Assembly (NCBI GenBank): GCA_964553245.1
Contig: CAZKJM010000001.1
Span: forward strand, 16,892 to 80,891
Source of the DNA: an uncultured Gammaproteobacteria bacterium
Lineage (GTDB): Bacteria > Patescibacteriota > Microgenomatia > Levybacterales > UBA12049
Direction of reading: 5' to 3'
Length of the DNA stretch: 64,000 bases
The notes beneath the pieces were generated by a model that was not told where the DNA came from, searched no databases, and saw only the letters and a program-made list of their open reading frames with translations. Both the position numbers and the translations under genes were made by a program. Positions 50,705-61,717 of the stretch are shown one piece after another (within the stretch, counting starts at the first letter, position 1; each line of letters begins with the position of its first letter).

Positions 50705-51822
50705 TAGTTTCTGTTTCTAAGGAATGCGGGAATGTCCCAAGTATCGTCTTCTTCCTGAACTGGAGGCTCCTCAGCTTTTGGTTTTTCCACAACTTGTTGA
50801 GTTTGAGTATCATTTGATTGAACAATTGGCTTAACAGGTGGTGCCATAAATTCTTTTAAAGTTTGCCTTGTTTGGTCAAATCCTGTTGCAACAACAGTAA
50901 TCTTCATTTGATCGTGCATTGTATTATCTATCATTGCCCCAAAAATTATATTTGCATCCTGATCCGCAGCCGAAGCAATAATCTTTGCAGCTTCGTCTAC
51001 CTCGCTCATTGTAAGATCCGGTCCTCCAGTTATATTAAAAAGAACTCCTCTTGCCCCATCCATAGAGATTTCCAAAAGTGGAGAAGCTATTGCAGACCTT
51101 GCCGCAGTTTGTGCCCTGTTTTCTCCAACACCCGTTCCAATTCCCATAAGTGCCGATCCAGCCTCGGACATTATTGTTTTAACATCTGCAAAATCCACAT
51201 TGATAAGACCAGGCAAAGTAATAAGATCCGAAATTCCTTGAACTCCTTGAGTAAGCACCGAATCCGCAACTTTAAATGCTTCCAGAAGAGATAGTTTTTT
51301 ATCTACGACTTCCAAAATTCTTTGGTTTGGAATAACAATTAATGTATCAACTTTATCTCTTAGCTCGTCTATGCCACTTTCTGCATTAACCATTCTTCGT
51401 GTTCCTTCGAATGCAAAGGGCTTAGTAACAACTGCAACCGTTAATGTACCTACTTCTTTTGCCGCTTTTGCAATAATCGGTGTTGCTCCAGTTCCTGTTC
51501 CGCCCCCCATTCCGCAAGTTAAAAATAACATATCTGTCCCGTCAATCATTTCCTTTATTCTTTCGTACGATTCTTCTGCAGACTGTCGTCCAATATCCGG
51601 GTTTCCACCAGAACCAAGACCTTTAGTAAGACCTTCTCCTATCTGAAGTTTCGTTGCTGCCTGACACATTAATAATGCTTGAGCATCTGTATTAACCGAA
51701 ATAAAATCAACTCCGGAAATATTACATTGCGCAATCATCGAATTTAAAGCATTATTTCCTCCGCCCCCAATTCCCATCACACGTATTTTGGCAAAATTAG
51801 CTGTTTGAGGTTTAATTAACAT
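50704..51822 (-). CDS. ftsZ: Cell division protein FtsZ
   Basis: [26 protein letters not shown]-terminal DIPAFLR. Confidence 0.99.
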   Translation of the reverse strand: MLIKPQTANFAKIRVMGIGGGGNNALNSMIAQCNISGVDFISVNTDAQALLMCQAATKLQIGEGLTKGLGSGGNPDIGRQSAEESYERIKEMIDGTDMLFLTCGMGGGTGTGATPIIAKAAKEVGTLTVAVVTKPFAFEGTRRMVNAESGIDELRDKVDTLIVIPNQRILEVVDKKLSLLEAFKVADSVLTQGVQGISDLITLPGLINVDFADVKTIMSEAGSALMGIGTGVGENRAQTAARSAIASPLLEISMDGARGVLFNITGGPDLTMSEVDEAAKIIASAADQDANIIFGAMIDNTMHDQMKITVVATGFDQTRQTLKEFMAPPVKPIVQSNDTQTQQVVEKPKAEEPPVQEEDDTWDIPAFLRNRN

Positions 51823-51901
51823 AACATTAAATTATAGGCGAATACTAGCAAAATAAAAATCTTTTTGCAAGTAAGTTCTTAAGGCAGATTTTCGACTCTA
51901 T

Positions 51902-53185
51902 TCAAGGTAAAAATGACTTAAAAAACGAAATTATTTTTGAAACAGTCTTATTATTAAAACCTGGAATAGAAAACTTAGGAATATTTACTCCAAAAGGTAA
52001 GTTTGACTTTGCTTCAATTGTTGACCCATAATCTGCCAATCCAATTACGGTAGCAAACGGTGAATCCGAAACTTCATCAATAATTCCTTTAATGTTTGCT
52101 GGATCACCAACTCTTACTGGCATTGCAAGCATTCTCTTAGCGCTTTCTATTATTCCGATTGTTTTACCACCGCCACCAGTTATTACGAGCCCGGAAGGTG
52201 TTTGACCAACGAATCCGCTCTTTTTTATTTCTAGTCCTATAAAAGTAAATATTTCATTTAATCTTGGTCTAATTATTCCTTCTATAAGAGTTTTTTTAGA
52301 AACTTTATTAACCTCTTCTGCTAATCCAAGACCGGATAAATCAAGTTCGTCTGATTTATCCTTTGGTCCAAGATCGTTTTCAAAACCCAATGATTTTTTT
52401 GTTGGCTTAGATAAAAACAGCTTGATTTTTTCTGCAGACTCCAAGGAAATTCTTAGACCAATTGCTAAATCGTTGGTGATGTGCCTTGCACCAATTGGCA
52501 AAACCGACGAATAAGCAACAGAACCATCTACATAGATCGAAATATCTGTAGTTCCGGCACCAATATCAACTAACACAACGCCTAATTCTTTTTCTGTATC
52601 CGATAAAGTAGAAAGGGAACTTGCGTAACCACTAAATACCACTCCGTCTATATCTACCCCAACCGTCGAAAATGCTTTTTCGATATTTCTTAAAACAGCC
52701 GTACTCGCCGATATTATATGCGTATCTACTTCTAGCCTTACACCAGACATTCCAATCGGATCTTTTATTCCCTCTTGCCCATCAACAGTATATGTTCTTG
52801 GTAGTACATGAATAATTTCTCTTGTGGAAGGAAGAGAAACTGCTTTTGCCGCATCAATTACTCTTATCAAATCATTTTCCGTTATCTCTCCTTGTGGACT
52901 TGAAACAGCTACAACTCCCCTGGAATTTTGAGATTCTATATGACTTCCGCCGATTGAAACAATCACTCTAGAAGCAGAATATCCTGCCATTCTTTCAGCT
53001 GCTTCAAGTGAATTATTTATTGCTAAAACAGCTTCGTCTATATCTACTATCTGACCCTTTTTAATTCCTGCTGACTTTACCTCAGAAACACCCAATACAT
53101 TAACGACTTCATCCACTCTTGCAATTACAGTTACAACCTTAGAAGAACCAATATCTACTGCTACGACAATTTTTCCTTCATTCAT
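51902..53185 (-). CDS. ftsA: Cell division protein FtsA
   Basis: DIGSSK, GIKKG.IVDI, DIGAGTTD, TGGG. Confidence 0.97.
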   Translation of the reverse strand: MNEGKIVVAVDIGSSKVVTVIARVDEVVNVLGVSEVKSAGIKKGQIVDIDEAVLAINNSLEAAERMAGYSASRVIVSIGGSHIESQNSRGVVAVSSPQGEITENDLIRVIDAAKAVSLPSTREIIHVLPRTYTVDGQEGIKDPIGMSGVRLEVDTHIISASTAVLRNIEKAFSTVGVDIDGVVFSGYASSLSTLSDTEKELGVVLVDIGAGTTDISIYVDGSVAYSSVLPIGARHITNDLAIGLRISLESAEKIKLFLSKPTKKSLGFENDLGPKDKSDELDLSGLGLAEEVNKVSKKTLIEGIIRPRLNEIFTFIGLEIKKSGFVGQTPSGLVITGGGGKTIGIIESAKRMLAMPVRVGDPANIKGIIDEVSDSPFATVIGLADYGSTIEAKSNLPFGVNIPKFSIPGFNNKTVSKIISFFKSFLP

Positions 53186-53190
53186 AGAAG

Positions 53191-53607
53191 CTAAAATACA
53201 ATTAACGGTTTATCATACCTAAAATCTAGGCTTTTAAACCTTTTCCCTTCTATTGTAAGTCGTTTTATTATTAATTGTAAAGAGGCTATTTGCGTGCTAA
53301 GTTGCTTTTTTGAGGAAAAAATTACCTCTTCTTTACTATTTAAAATCACTAATAAAGAAGAATCATCGTTTATTTTTGTTTTTTGATACTGTATATTTGC
53401 ATTTTTTAGTCCTTCCTCCAATCTTAAACTATTACTGTATTTGTTTAACGGTAGAGGACTAATAAGCTTATTCGCTCTAAAAAAAATCAAGTAACATATT
53501 ATTAAAGCTGTCGCTAAAAAAATTAATATTGCCACAAAAAAGATCGTTTTTCTGCTTTTTCTTTTTCTTATTATTAATTTATTTCTGTATTTATTTCTTT
53601 GCCACAT
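53191..53607 (-). CDS. Short FtsQ/DivIB-like protein
   Basis: Between murG and ftsA; basic N-terminus, one TM, C-terminal LDFRYDKP like the FtsQ DLR motif; too short for a POTRA domain. Confidence 0.6.
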   Translation of the reverse strand: MWQRNKYRNKLIIRKRKSRKTIFFVAILIFLATALIICYLIFFRANKLISPLPLNKYSNSLRLEEGLKNANIQYQKTKINDDSSLLVILNSKEEVIFSSKKQLSTQIASLQLIIKRLTIEGKRFKSLDFRYDKPLIVF

Positions 53608-54697
53608 CTCTTATAACACTGACTATTTTTTCCGCTGAATTATTGCTAAAAATATTTTCCCCTAAGGAATTAATTTTGTATTGATCAAGTTTTTTTAGCA
53701 TGTTATTTACAGTTTCCAAAAACTTTTCCCTATCTAAATTATTTTGCTCAATAACTTCCGCAAGGCCTATTTTTTTAAGAAAAAAAGCATTTTTAAGTTG
53801 TTCCCCTTTTTGACCCGTTAAAAGAGGAATTAAAAGCGCTGGTTTTTTAAAATAAATTAATTCAGAAACTGTATTTATACCTGATCTAGAAATTACCATA
53901 TCGCACTTTCTTAATATTTCTGAAACTTCATTTACTTTAAAAAACTTAGAAATAATGTATCTTTGTTTTATTAAATCAGGAAAACTTTTTTTCGTCTGTT
54001 TAAATTTTTCGAAATCCAAAAAAACTTTGGCATCTCCTATTTGATGAATAATATTTGCTTTTTTTAATAAAACTAACAAAGAATTAATTAGCAAAGTATT
54101 TATAGAATGTGAACCAAGGCTTCCGCCTGTAATATAAATTACCGGAAAACTATTTTTAAAATTAAATTTGTTTTTTATTTGTTTTCCTTCCAGTATCTCT
54201 TCTCTTAAAGGATTCCCTGTCAAAATTGTTTTCTCTTTTGGAAAAAATTTTTCCGACTGTTTCCAGGAAATACAAACTTTATCCGCAAATTTTGAAATAA
54301 TTTTATTTGCGGCTCCTGCCTCTAACGTTTGTTCGTGAATAACAATAGGAATTTTTAAAATCTTCGCTGCAATACAAACAGGAAAAGAAACATAACCTCC
54401 AAATCCAATAACAACTTCTGGCTTAAATTTTTTCAAGATTCTCAAAGAAGTTAAAACAGCTTTTGGAATTTTTAAAAGAGACGGAAGTGTATATTTTGTT
54501 AAATTTCGTTGAAGTCTTCCTGTATTGATGTTTACAAACGGAATATTTAATTTCTTTATAAATTGATATTCAAGGGACAAAGCAGCATCTCCTTCAAGCG
54601 CAAATTTTCTTCCGATAAATAAAATGTCTTCCCCTGTTAGTTTTTCCAAAACCGACAAAGCAGGCGATAAATGCCCTCCTATTGCTACTATTTTCAT
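53591..54697 (-). CDS. murG: Lipid II GlcNAc transferase MurG
   Basis: GGH, GFGGYVS, HEQ, TGNP.R, TGGSLG, SRSG, EQ..NA. Confidence 0.94.
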   Translation of the reverse strand: MKIVAIGGHLSPALSVLEKLTGEDILFIGRKFALEGDAALSLEYQFIKKLNIPFVNINTGRLQRNLTKYTLPSLLKIPKAVLTSLRILKKFKPEVVIGFGGYVSFPVCIAAKILKIPIVIHEQTLEAGAANKIISKFADKVCISWKQSEKFFPKEKTILTGNPLREEILEGKQIKNKFNFKNSFPVIYITGGSLGSHSINTLLINSLLVLLKKANIIHQIGDAKVFLDFEKFKQTKKSFPDLIKQRYIISKFFKVNEVSEILRKCDMVISRSGINTVSELIYFKKPALLIPLLTGQKGEQLKNAFFLKKIGLAEVIEQNNLDREKFLETVNNMLKKLDQYKINSLGENIFSNNSAEKIVSVIRDVAKK

Positions 54698-54699
54698 AT

Positions 54700-55770
54700 T
54701 TAGATTTTACTTTGTTTAGAAATATTTAGCAAAATTCCTATGGATACAAAACTCATTATAAGCGCAGATCCACCGTACGAAATAAATGGAAGAGGTATCC
54801 CAGTCAATGGAATAAGAGCTGTTTGAGCTGCCAAATTAACAATTATCTGCATGGATAAAAATGTTATAATCCCACCTGCTAAAAGTTTGCCAAAATTATC
54901 TTTTGCATTTATGGCTATATAAAAACCTCGCCAAATTAAAAACATAAATAAAAGAATAATAATTAATGATCCAATAAAGCCAATTTCCTCTGCGAGAATT
55001 GCAAAAATGGAATCAGTTGTATTCTCCGGAAGATAAGCATATTTTTGAAGTGAATTTCCAATCCCAACTCCGGTTAATCCACCCGATCCAAGCGCGATCA
55101 AAATCTGCTTAACGTGATAAGAATAATTATCTGGGGTTTGATTAAAATTTAAAAACGTCGCCAATCTTTGTGCTCTATAAGGAGATGTTTTTATTAAAAT
55201 AAAACCGATGATTCCTAGAATCGGTAAAGATGCAAGTATATGGGAGATACTTGCCCCCGATAAAAAATAAACAGCAATCGCTTCTGATAATATTATCGTT
55301 GCTGTTCCCATATCAGGCTCAAGCAATATTAAACCCAATATTAAACCAAGAAGCAATAAAAATGCTAAAAATCTTCCTTTTTCCTTATTAGAAAGCCAAG
55401 CAGCTAAATAAATTGCAAAAGCAAGCTTAGCAAATTCTGATGGCTGAAGAACTGTAAAACCTAAATCTATCCAACGTCTTGCCCCTAATAAATGAACACC
55501 TATTCCAGGAATAAAAACCAAAGATAGTAAAATAATGGATACAATTATTAACGGTAGTGCAATCTGATAAAATTTGTGATAATCAAAGCGCAAAAAAAAC
55601 ATCATAAATAAAACCCCTAGCGCCCCCCAGAACGCCTGTTCTTTTAGGTAATGATATTTATCACCAAAATCTCTAAAAGCAACAAAAGAAGAAGCATCGT
55701 AAATTATTAAAAGTCCAAGACTGGTTAGGAAAAAAATTACTAAAATAAAAATATGGTCAATTTTTTTCAT
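54700..55770 (-). CDS. ftsW: SEDS protein FtsW
   Basis: GARRWI, QPSEFAK, EPDMG, YLPE..TDSIF, PFISYGGS; dcw position. Confidence 0.94.
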   Translation of the reverse strand: MKKIDHIFILVIFFLTSLGLLIIYDASSFVAFRDFGDKYHYLKEQAFWGALGVLFMMFFLRFDYHKFYQIALPLIIVSIILLSLVFIPGIGVHLLGARRWIDLGFTVLQPSEFAKLAFAIYLAAWLSNKEKGRFLAFLLLLGLILGLILLEPDMGTATIILSEAIAVYFLSGASISHILASLPILGIIGFILIKTSPYRAQRLATFLNFNQTPDNYSYHVKQILIALGSGGLTGVGIGNSLQKYAYLPENTTDSIFAILAEEIGFIGSLIIILLFMFLIWRGFYIAINAKDNFGKLLAGGIITFLSMQIIVNLAAQTALIPLTGIPLPFISYGGSALIMSFVSIGILLNISKQSKI

Positions 55771-55821
55771 AACATCTATATTTTTAGTTTACTACGTTTT
55801 GAGGATAAATTACTATTATTG

Positions 55822-56835
55822 TTATCTAATAAATGCAATATACAAGCCTAATACCGCGAAGAAGAAACCCAGTAGCCATGCCCTCATTACGATTTTTGGC
55901 TCGTCCCAACCTCTTTCCAAAAGATACAAATGGAATGGAGCGATAGGAAGTAATCGTTTCTTTAAAAATTTTTTTCCTAAAATCTGAATGAGTGATGACG
56001 CAACTTCAATAATAAATACTCCACCAATTACCACAAGTGCAATTATTTTGCCACTTAATAAACCAATTACCGCAAGTGATGCTCCAAGAGAAAGTGATCC
56101 GACATCCCCTAGCCAAATTCTAGCCTTATAAATATTAAAGTACAAAAACGCAGCAACGCTTCCTGTTAAAAAGGCAATAAAAATTCCAAGTGCCGGATTC
56201 ATCATGCTTGAAGAAATAGATAAAAATGCAAGTAAACAAATCAGAAATAAACCGGAAGCAAGTCCATCTAATCCATCTGTAATGTTAAAAGCATTTGTAA
56301 ATGCTACGATCACAAATGCTGCGAAGGGAATAAACAAAAAACCAATGCTGGCAAGACCAAAGCCTCGTATAAAAACAAAATCGTATCCTAATTTATAATA
56401 GAAAACAGTTGCGATTATTAAAGACATAGCAATTTGTATTAAAAGTTTATGTCTGATCCTAAGGCCAAAAAATACTGTTTTCTTACCGTTTACCAATTTT
56501 TTAAGATCATCGTAAAAACCTAATAAGCCAAATCCTACAAATGTAAAGAAAATTACAAAAATCTGCCAAGGATTAATTTCTACGTCAAACATTCCGTATC
56601 CCCAAATTGTTAAAGCACTTACTACTAAAATTATTAAAATACCGCCGCCAAAAGGAGTTCCAACCTTCCAACCATTATTGAATTTATCAAATATATTTGC
56701 TCTATTATTAAGAACATCCTTTGTTTCCTGCTTTTGTCTTCTTAGCTTTGCTTTATAAAGGAAGTCAATAAAAGGAATAAGTAGAATACCTGTTAGTATC
56801 AGAGACAATAGGGTTAAACCTAAGAGTTGGGCCAT
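55822..56835 (-). CDS. mraY: Phospho-MurNAc-pentapeptide transferase
   Basis: GTPFGGG, GFYDD, NAFNITDGLDGL, GDVGS, APFH. Confidence 0.95.
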   Translation of the reverse strand: MAQLLGLTLLSLILTGILLIPFIDFLYKAKLRRQKQETKDVLNNRANIFDKFNNGWKVGTPFGGGILIILVVSALTIWGYGMFDVEINPWQIFVIFFTFVGFGLLGFYDDLKKLVNGKKTVFFGLRIRHKLLIQIAMSLIIATVFYYKLGYDFVFIRGFGLASIGFLFIPFAAFVIVAFTNAFNITDGLDGLASGLFLICLLAFLSISSSMMNPALGIFIAFLTGSVAAFLYFNIYKARIWLGDVGSLSLGASLAVIGLLSGKIIALVVIGGVFIIEVASSLIQILGKKFLKKRLLPIAPFHLYLLERGWDEPKIVMRAWLLGFFFAVLGLYIAFIR

Positions 56836-56843
56836 AACTTATT

Positions 56844-56872
56844 ATTATAATATGTTTTCTAATTATATTCAA
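56844..56872 (-). promoter_or_regulatory. mraY promoter TTGAAT-17-TATAAT, 8 nt before ATG
   Basis: Consensus -10, near-consensus -35, 17-nt spacer. Confidence 0.65.
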
Positions 56873-56893
56873 TTTTTAAGTATTAAAAAAATA

Positions 56894-57652
56894 TTACTTA
56901 TTTACCCCAGAATTAAATAGCTTTTGAGCCTCTATCAGTTCTTCTTTTGTATTAACTCCTCGCCATGAAATATTACCTGCGCTCAAAGTATTTATTTTTT
57001 CATTATTTTTTTGCCCTAAGCCAATAAGACTAGTCAAATAGTACTCTCCTGTTATCCTGCTTTTTTTAATCTTAGAAATATATTTTCTTAAAAATTTTGT
57101 ACTAAATATATAACAAGAAGTATTTATTTCTGTTATTTTTTTCTGTTCTTCTGTTGCATCTTTTTCTTCTACAACTGAAACTAAATTTTCGTTTTTATCC
57201 CTAATTATCCTGCCTAATCCAAACGGCTCGTCTTTTTTTATGGTCAAAAAAGTAAAAGCCGAATCGGTTTTACAATGATGATTTATTAATTTATCGATAA
57301 GGTCTTTTGTGTAAAAAGCAGAATCATCACCGTTCACCACCAATACATCCTCTATGCCTTTAGGGAGTGTTTTTAAAGCGCAGGAAACTGCATGACCGGT
57401 TCCCAATCTTTTTCTTTGTTCGGCAAAAATAACTTTGTTTTTTAGAATTTCTATAACCGATTTTTTAGCAAATCCAACAACGACCACAATATTATCCACC
57501 TTTAATTTTTTAAAAAGTTCGACTACATGAAGAACCATTGGCTTATTACCAAGTTTAAGAGTAACCTTATTGTGGTCACTGGAATTCATTCTTTTGCCTT
57601 TTCCAGCAGCCAAAATTATAGCCCCAAGTCTTTTTTTATTAATTTTATTCAT
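56894..57652 (-). CDS. GlmU-like sugar-1-phosphate nucleotidyltransferase, N-terminal domain only
   Basis: ILAAGKGKRM, Q...LGTGHAV, NGD, GRIIR, VEEKDA, GEYYLT, GVN; no hexapeptide acetyltransferase domain. Confidence 0.85.
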   Translation of the reverse strand: MNKINKKRLGAIILAAGKGKRMNSSDHNKVTLKLGNKPMVLHVVELFKKLKVDNIVVVVGFAKKSVIEILKNKVIFAEQRKRLGTGHAVSCALKTLPKGIEDVLVVNGDDSAFYTKDLIDKLINHHCKTDSAFTFLTIKKDEPFGLGRIIRDKNENLVSVVEEKDATEEQKKITEINTSCYIFSTKFLRKYISKIKKSRITGEYYLTSLIGLGQKNNEKINTLSAGNISWRGVNTKEELIEAQKLFNSGVNK

Positions 57653-58982
57653 GATTTAATCTTATAATATCTGCCCCTAAAGACTTTAGACGTTTTTCAA
57701 AACTTTCATAACCTCTATCTAAATGTTCTATGCCAAAAAGCGTACTTGTTCCCTTAGCTGCTAAAGCTGCTATAACAAGTGTTGCACCTGCTCTTAAATC
57801 TGAAACATCTAAAATTGCATTGTGTAGTAAAGATGATCCTTTAATTTTTGCTGCATGGAAAAAATTTTCATTATCATCGGTAATGTTAAAATTATAAAAC
57901 TTTTTTGGATTTTTTATGTCGGGGTTAAATAATTCTATATCTGCACCCATTTTTTTAAGCTCATTTGTATAGCCAAGTCTATTTTCATATATTGTTTCAT
58001 GAATTACTGAAACTCCCTTCGCTTTTGTCATTAAAATTGCCCATGGACCCTGCCAATCCGTCATAAATCCCGGATAAAAAGCAGTAGAAATTTTTGTTGG
58101 TTTAAGTTCACCTTTGTAAAAAAATCTAATACCGTCGTTTTTTATTTCATATCCACCGTTTGCTTTCTTTAACATTAGCAAAAATTCTTCAAGACCGTTT
58201 TTCTTAATACTTTTAACAAAGACATCTCCTTCTGTAATTATGGAAGCAACGGCTAACGTAACTACTTCGTTCCTGTCCGGGCTTATTTTTAAATTTGCAC
58301 CATGTAATTCATCAACTCCAATAATTTCTATTACCCTGGGCTTTATTCTTTTTACTTTTGCACCCATTTGATTTAAAAAGTTAATTAGTTCATCTACTTC
58401 CGGCTCCTGTGCTGCATTTTCAAGAATTGTCTTTCCATTTGCCAGAACTCCTGCTAGTATCATGGTTTCTGTTCCAGTGTGTGTGTTTTTTATAAATTTA
58501 TATGTAGCACCCTTTAATCTTTTATTTTTCAAAATTGCGTGAAAATAGCCATCCTTACTATCGTAAGTAATTTCCGATCCCATTTTTTCAATTCCCTTAA
58601 CGATTCTATCTATAGGTCTGGCACCAATTCTGCATCCTCCGGGATTTGGAATTACTGCTGAACCAACTCTTGCCAAAATTGGTGCAATAAACATAAACGA
58701 GGTTCTTGTTTCTGCAGCTTTATACAAAAAAATTTTATCGTGCTCAAAGTTTTCCATTTTTATTACCAAAGAATGGTCTTTAAACTCTGCTTCTCCACCA
58801 AGCTGTTTTACAATATCAGCCATTATGTATAAATCAGAAATCAACGGAACGTTTTCGATTACTACTTCTTCTTTTGTTAAACACGCTGCAACAATTGCTT
58901 TTAAAGCAACGTTTTTTGATCCAGACACAGTTGTCGATCCATTTAGTTTTTTGCCGCCTTTAATAACTAATTTTTCAATCAT
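57645..58982 (-). CDS. murA: UDP-GlcNAc 1-carboxyvinyltransferase
   Basis: GSKN, PGGCRIGARP (catalytic Cys), AQEPE, PGFMTD, DLRAGA, DRGYE; ATG 58982 preferred. Confidence 0.96.
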   Translation of the reverse strand: MIEKLVIKGGKKLNGSTTVSGSKNVALKAIVAACLTKEEVVIENVPLISDLYIMADIVKQLGGEAEFKDHSLVIKMENFEHDKIFLYKAAETRTSFMFIAPILARVGSAVIPNPGGCRIGARPIDRIVKGIEKMGSEITYDSKDGYFHAILKNKRLKGATYKFIKNTHTGTETMILAGVLANGKTILENAAQEPEVDELINFLNQMGAKVKRIKPRVIEIIGVDELHGANLKISPDRNEVVTLAVASIITEGDVFVKSIKKNGLEEFLLMLKKANGGYEIKNDGIRFFYKGELKPTKISTAFYPGFMTDWQGPWAILMTKAKGVSVIHETIYENRLGYTNELKKMGADIELFNPDIKNPKKFYNFNITDDNENFFHAAKIKGSSLLHNAILDVSDLRAGATLVIAALAAKGTSTLFGIEHLDRGYESFEKRLKSLGADIIRLNHE

Positions 58983-60402
58983 ATTTTTTACATAACAAGA
59001 TTTTCCCAATCTTATAAACATCTCCTGCTCCCATTGTTACAAGCAAAATATCTTTTCCGTAGCGTTTTTGTCCGATATATTTTATCACATCGTCAAATTT
59101 TGCAAAAAACTTTATATTATTCTTATGCTTACTAATTTCTAAAAATAGATTTTCCGAAAGATTTTCACTAGGGTCTTGCTCCCGTTCCGATGAAAATATT
59201 TTAATTAAAATGAGCTCATCAGCAACAAAAAATGATCTAGAAAATTGTTCGAACAAACTTTTTGTTCTTGAATATGTATGTGGCTGAAAAACACAAATTA
59301 ATCTCTTTTTAGGATAGATTTGTTTTATGGTCTTAAGACTATTTACAATTTCTGTAGGATGATGGGCATAATCATCGTAAATCAGCATCCCGTATTCTGA
59401 TTCTCCTACATACTCCAAGCGCCTTTTTGATCCCGAAAACATAGACAGACTTTTTTTAATCGAATCTATAGATAAACCAAGTTCAAGTCCAATTATTATC
59501 GAAGGTAATGAATTTAAAACATTAAAATCTCCCGGAACAGATATGGAAAATTCTCCTAAGCTGATATTTTTATAAACAACCCAAAAAAATGTCTTATCAA
59601 TATTACTGCTCGTCTTTGTAATTTTATAATCACAGACATTTGAAAACCCAAATGTAATCTTCTGAGCATCTATACCGGAAAATAATTCTTTTAAAATTTG
59701 ATCATCTCCATTAAAAATAATTAGCTTTCCTTTAAGTTTATCGGCAAAGTTTTTATATGCTTTTTTTATCTCGTCTTCAGATTTGTATAAATCCGGATGA
59801 TCAAAATCAAAGTTAGTAAAAACGGCAATCTCCGGTTCTTGCCACATAAATTTTGGAGTTTTATCATAATTTGGTTCCGTTGCATATTCATCAGCCTCAG
59901 CAACAAAATATTCTCCTTTACCAAAGTGACCAGGAAAACCCAAAGATGAAATACTACTTGTTCCAATAACATAACTTGGATCCATATTGCTGTTTTTAAG
60001 AACTGAGGAGATAATTGCAGACGTTGTTGTTTTTCCGTGACAACCCGTAACAGAAATCCCTTTTAATTTTCTTCCTAGAATTTTTCCTTTCATAAACTCC
60101 CCAACGGCTTGACCTTGCATAAAAACCGGTATTTTAAATTCTCTTGCTGCTACAACCTCTACATTGTTAATTCCATTATGAGCGCCTGTTGCAATTACGT
60201 AATCCAAATCGTCTGAAATATTTTCTTTTTTAAATCCCGTTTTAATGTCTATTTCGTTTTCTTTAAGGATTTCATCTGTTATAAATTCATTTTCCGTGTC
60301 TGAACCTGTTACAATCATCCCCGCCTCTTTGGCAATTATTGCTAGGGGAGTCATACCAACTCCTTTTATACCGACGAAATGAATTTTTTTATGTTTTTTC
60401 AT
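58975..60402 (-). CDS. murC: UDP-MurNAc-L-alanine ligase
   Basis: HFVGIKGVGM, HGKTTT, EADEY, DDYAHHPTEI, FQPHTYSRT. Confidence 0.96.
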   Translation of the reverse strand: MKKHKKIHFVGIKGVGMTPLAIIAKEAGMIVTGSDTENEFITDEILKENEIDIKTGFKKENISDDLDYVIATGAHNGINNVEVVAAREFKIPVFMQGQAVGEFMKGKILGRKLKGISVTGCHGKTTTSAIISSVLKNSNMDPSYVIGTSSISSLGFPGHFGKGEYFVAEADEYATEPNYDKTPKFMWQEPEIAVFTNFDFDHPDLYKSEDEIKKAYKNFADKLKGKLIIFNGDDQILKELFSGIDAQKITFGFSNVCDYKITKTSSNIDKTFFWVVYKNISLGEFSISVPGDFNVLNSLPSIIIGLELGLSIDSIKKSLSMFSGSKRRLEYVGESEYGMLIYDDYAHHPTEIVNSLKTIKQIYPKKRLICVFQPHTYSRTKSLFEQFSRSFFVADELILIKIFSSEREQDPSENLSENLFLEISKHKNNIKFFAKFDDVIKYIGQKRYGKDILLVTMGAGDVYKIGKILLCKKYD

Positions 60403-61652
60403 TCTTTATCTACCGCTTTGTTTTTAATAGCATTTTTAACCGCTTCATATTCATTCCATGGCTCTTCCCCTTTTCCATAATTCATTGATTTCTCATGGCT
60501 TTTTCCCGTTGTGATAATAACATCGCCTTTTTTTGCAATTGAAACAGCAAAATTTATTGCTTCTTTCCGATCGTTAATCTTAAAATAAATATTCTTATTT
60601 TTTCTGTTATCTTGGTAATTTTTAGTATTTACTAATTTAAAATGTTTTTTTAACCCTTTTTCTATTTCTGAATTAATCATATCTACAGATTCGCTTCTTG
60701 GATCTTCTGCCGTTAATATAATAATGTCTGAAAAAAGAGATGACATTTTTCCCATTTCCGATCTTTTTTCCGTATCTCTTTCCCCCGCAGAGCCAAAAAC
60801 ATGAATAACTCTTCCTTTTGTTTCTTTAGAAACTACAGAAAGAGCATTTTTTAAAGCATTTGGGGTATGAGCAAAATCAACTATTATAGAGAATTCTTTT
60901 TTATAAACCCTTTCCATTCTTCCAATTGGCAATTCAAAAATATTTATCGCCTTTTTAATTAAAGACTCATCAATTCCCAATTCTTTACACACTGCATATG
61001 CTGCTAAGATATTGTATTTGTTAAAATCACCTGTTATTTTTGCCTTAAAATCTGTACTTTTAAGATTAAAATCAGCTTTTAAATTAAGAGAATAAGTAAT
61101 TATTTTTTTATTTTTTACATAGTCGAGTTTTTTTATAATCTCAAACGACTTATCGTCTTTGTTTAAAACAATTTTTTTTGCATTTTTAAACAGTTTTGCT
61201 TTTGTGTTTACATAATTTTCGTAAGTCTTATGATAATCCAAATGCTCATTAGTAACATTTGTAATAACTCCTATTTCATAGTTTATTCCCCAGGTCCTTT
61301 TTTGATCTAAAGCGTGAGAGGTAACTTCTAAAACTAGAAAATTTTTTTGGGATGAATTAGTAATTAAGTCTTTAATCTTTTTTATAAAAGCCTGAAGCTG
61401 CCAAGACGAAGGAGTTGTTACGTGAAATCCAACATCATAATCTTTTCCGTCTATTCTCGCACCAACAGAAGAAATCATTGATGTATTGTATCCGACAAAA
61501 CTTAAAATATGAAAAATTAAATATACCGTAGTTGTTTTTCCATCCGTTCCGGTAACGCCAATTACTTTTAATTTCCTTGAAGGAAATCCGTTTTTAAAAT
61601 TAGATATTAAAGCTATAGCAAAATGGTATAAATTTTTAAATCTTTGCCACAT
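60399..61652 (-). CDS. murE: UDP-MurNAc-tripeptide synthetase, short form lacking the N-terminal domain
   Basis: GVTGTDGKTT, EVTSH, EHLDYH, DFAHTP, GSAGERD, EDPR, GKSHE. Confidence 0.9.
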   Translation of the reverse strand: MWQRFKNLYHFAIALISNFKNGFPSRKLKVIGVTGTDGKTTTVYLIFHILSFVGYNTSMISSVGARIDGKDYDVGFHVTTPSSWQLQAFIKKIKDLITNSSQKNFLVLEVTSHALDQKRTWGINYEIGVITNVTNEHLDYHKTYENYVNTKAKLFKNAKKIVLNKDDKSFEIIKKLDYVKNKKIITYSLNLKADFNLKSTDFKAKITGDFNKYNILAAYAVCKELGIDESLIKKAINIFELPIGRMERVYKKEFSIIVDFAHTPNALKNALSVVSKETKGRVIHVFGSAGERDTEKRSEMGKMSSLFSDIIILTAEDPRSESVDMINSEIEKGLKKHFKLVNTKNYQDNRKNKNIYFKINDRKEAINFAVSIAKKGDVIITTGKSHEKSMNYGKGEEPWNEYEAVKNAIKNKAVDKE

Positions 61653-61717
61653 ACTGGATATTATACCTTTTATAAAAATTCTTTTCGATATTTATGTGGA
61701 AAACAATTAATTGCATA

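Noticed and set aside
51814-51842. dif-like sequence TTCGCCTATAA-TTTAATG-TTATGTTAATT on the - strand
   Set aside because: Spacer is 7 nt rather than 6, and it is explained by the ftsZ -10 box plus start codons ATG TTA ATT
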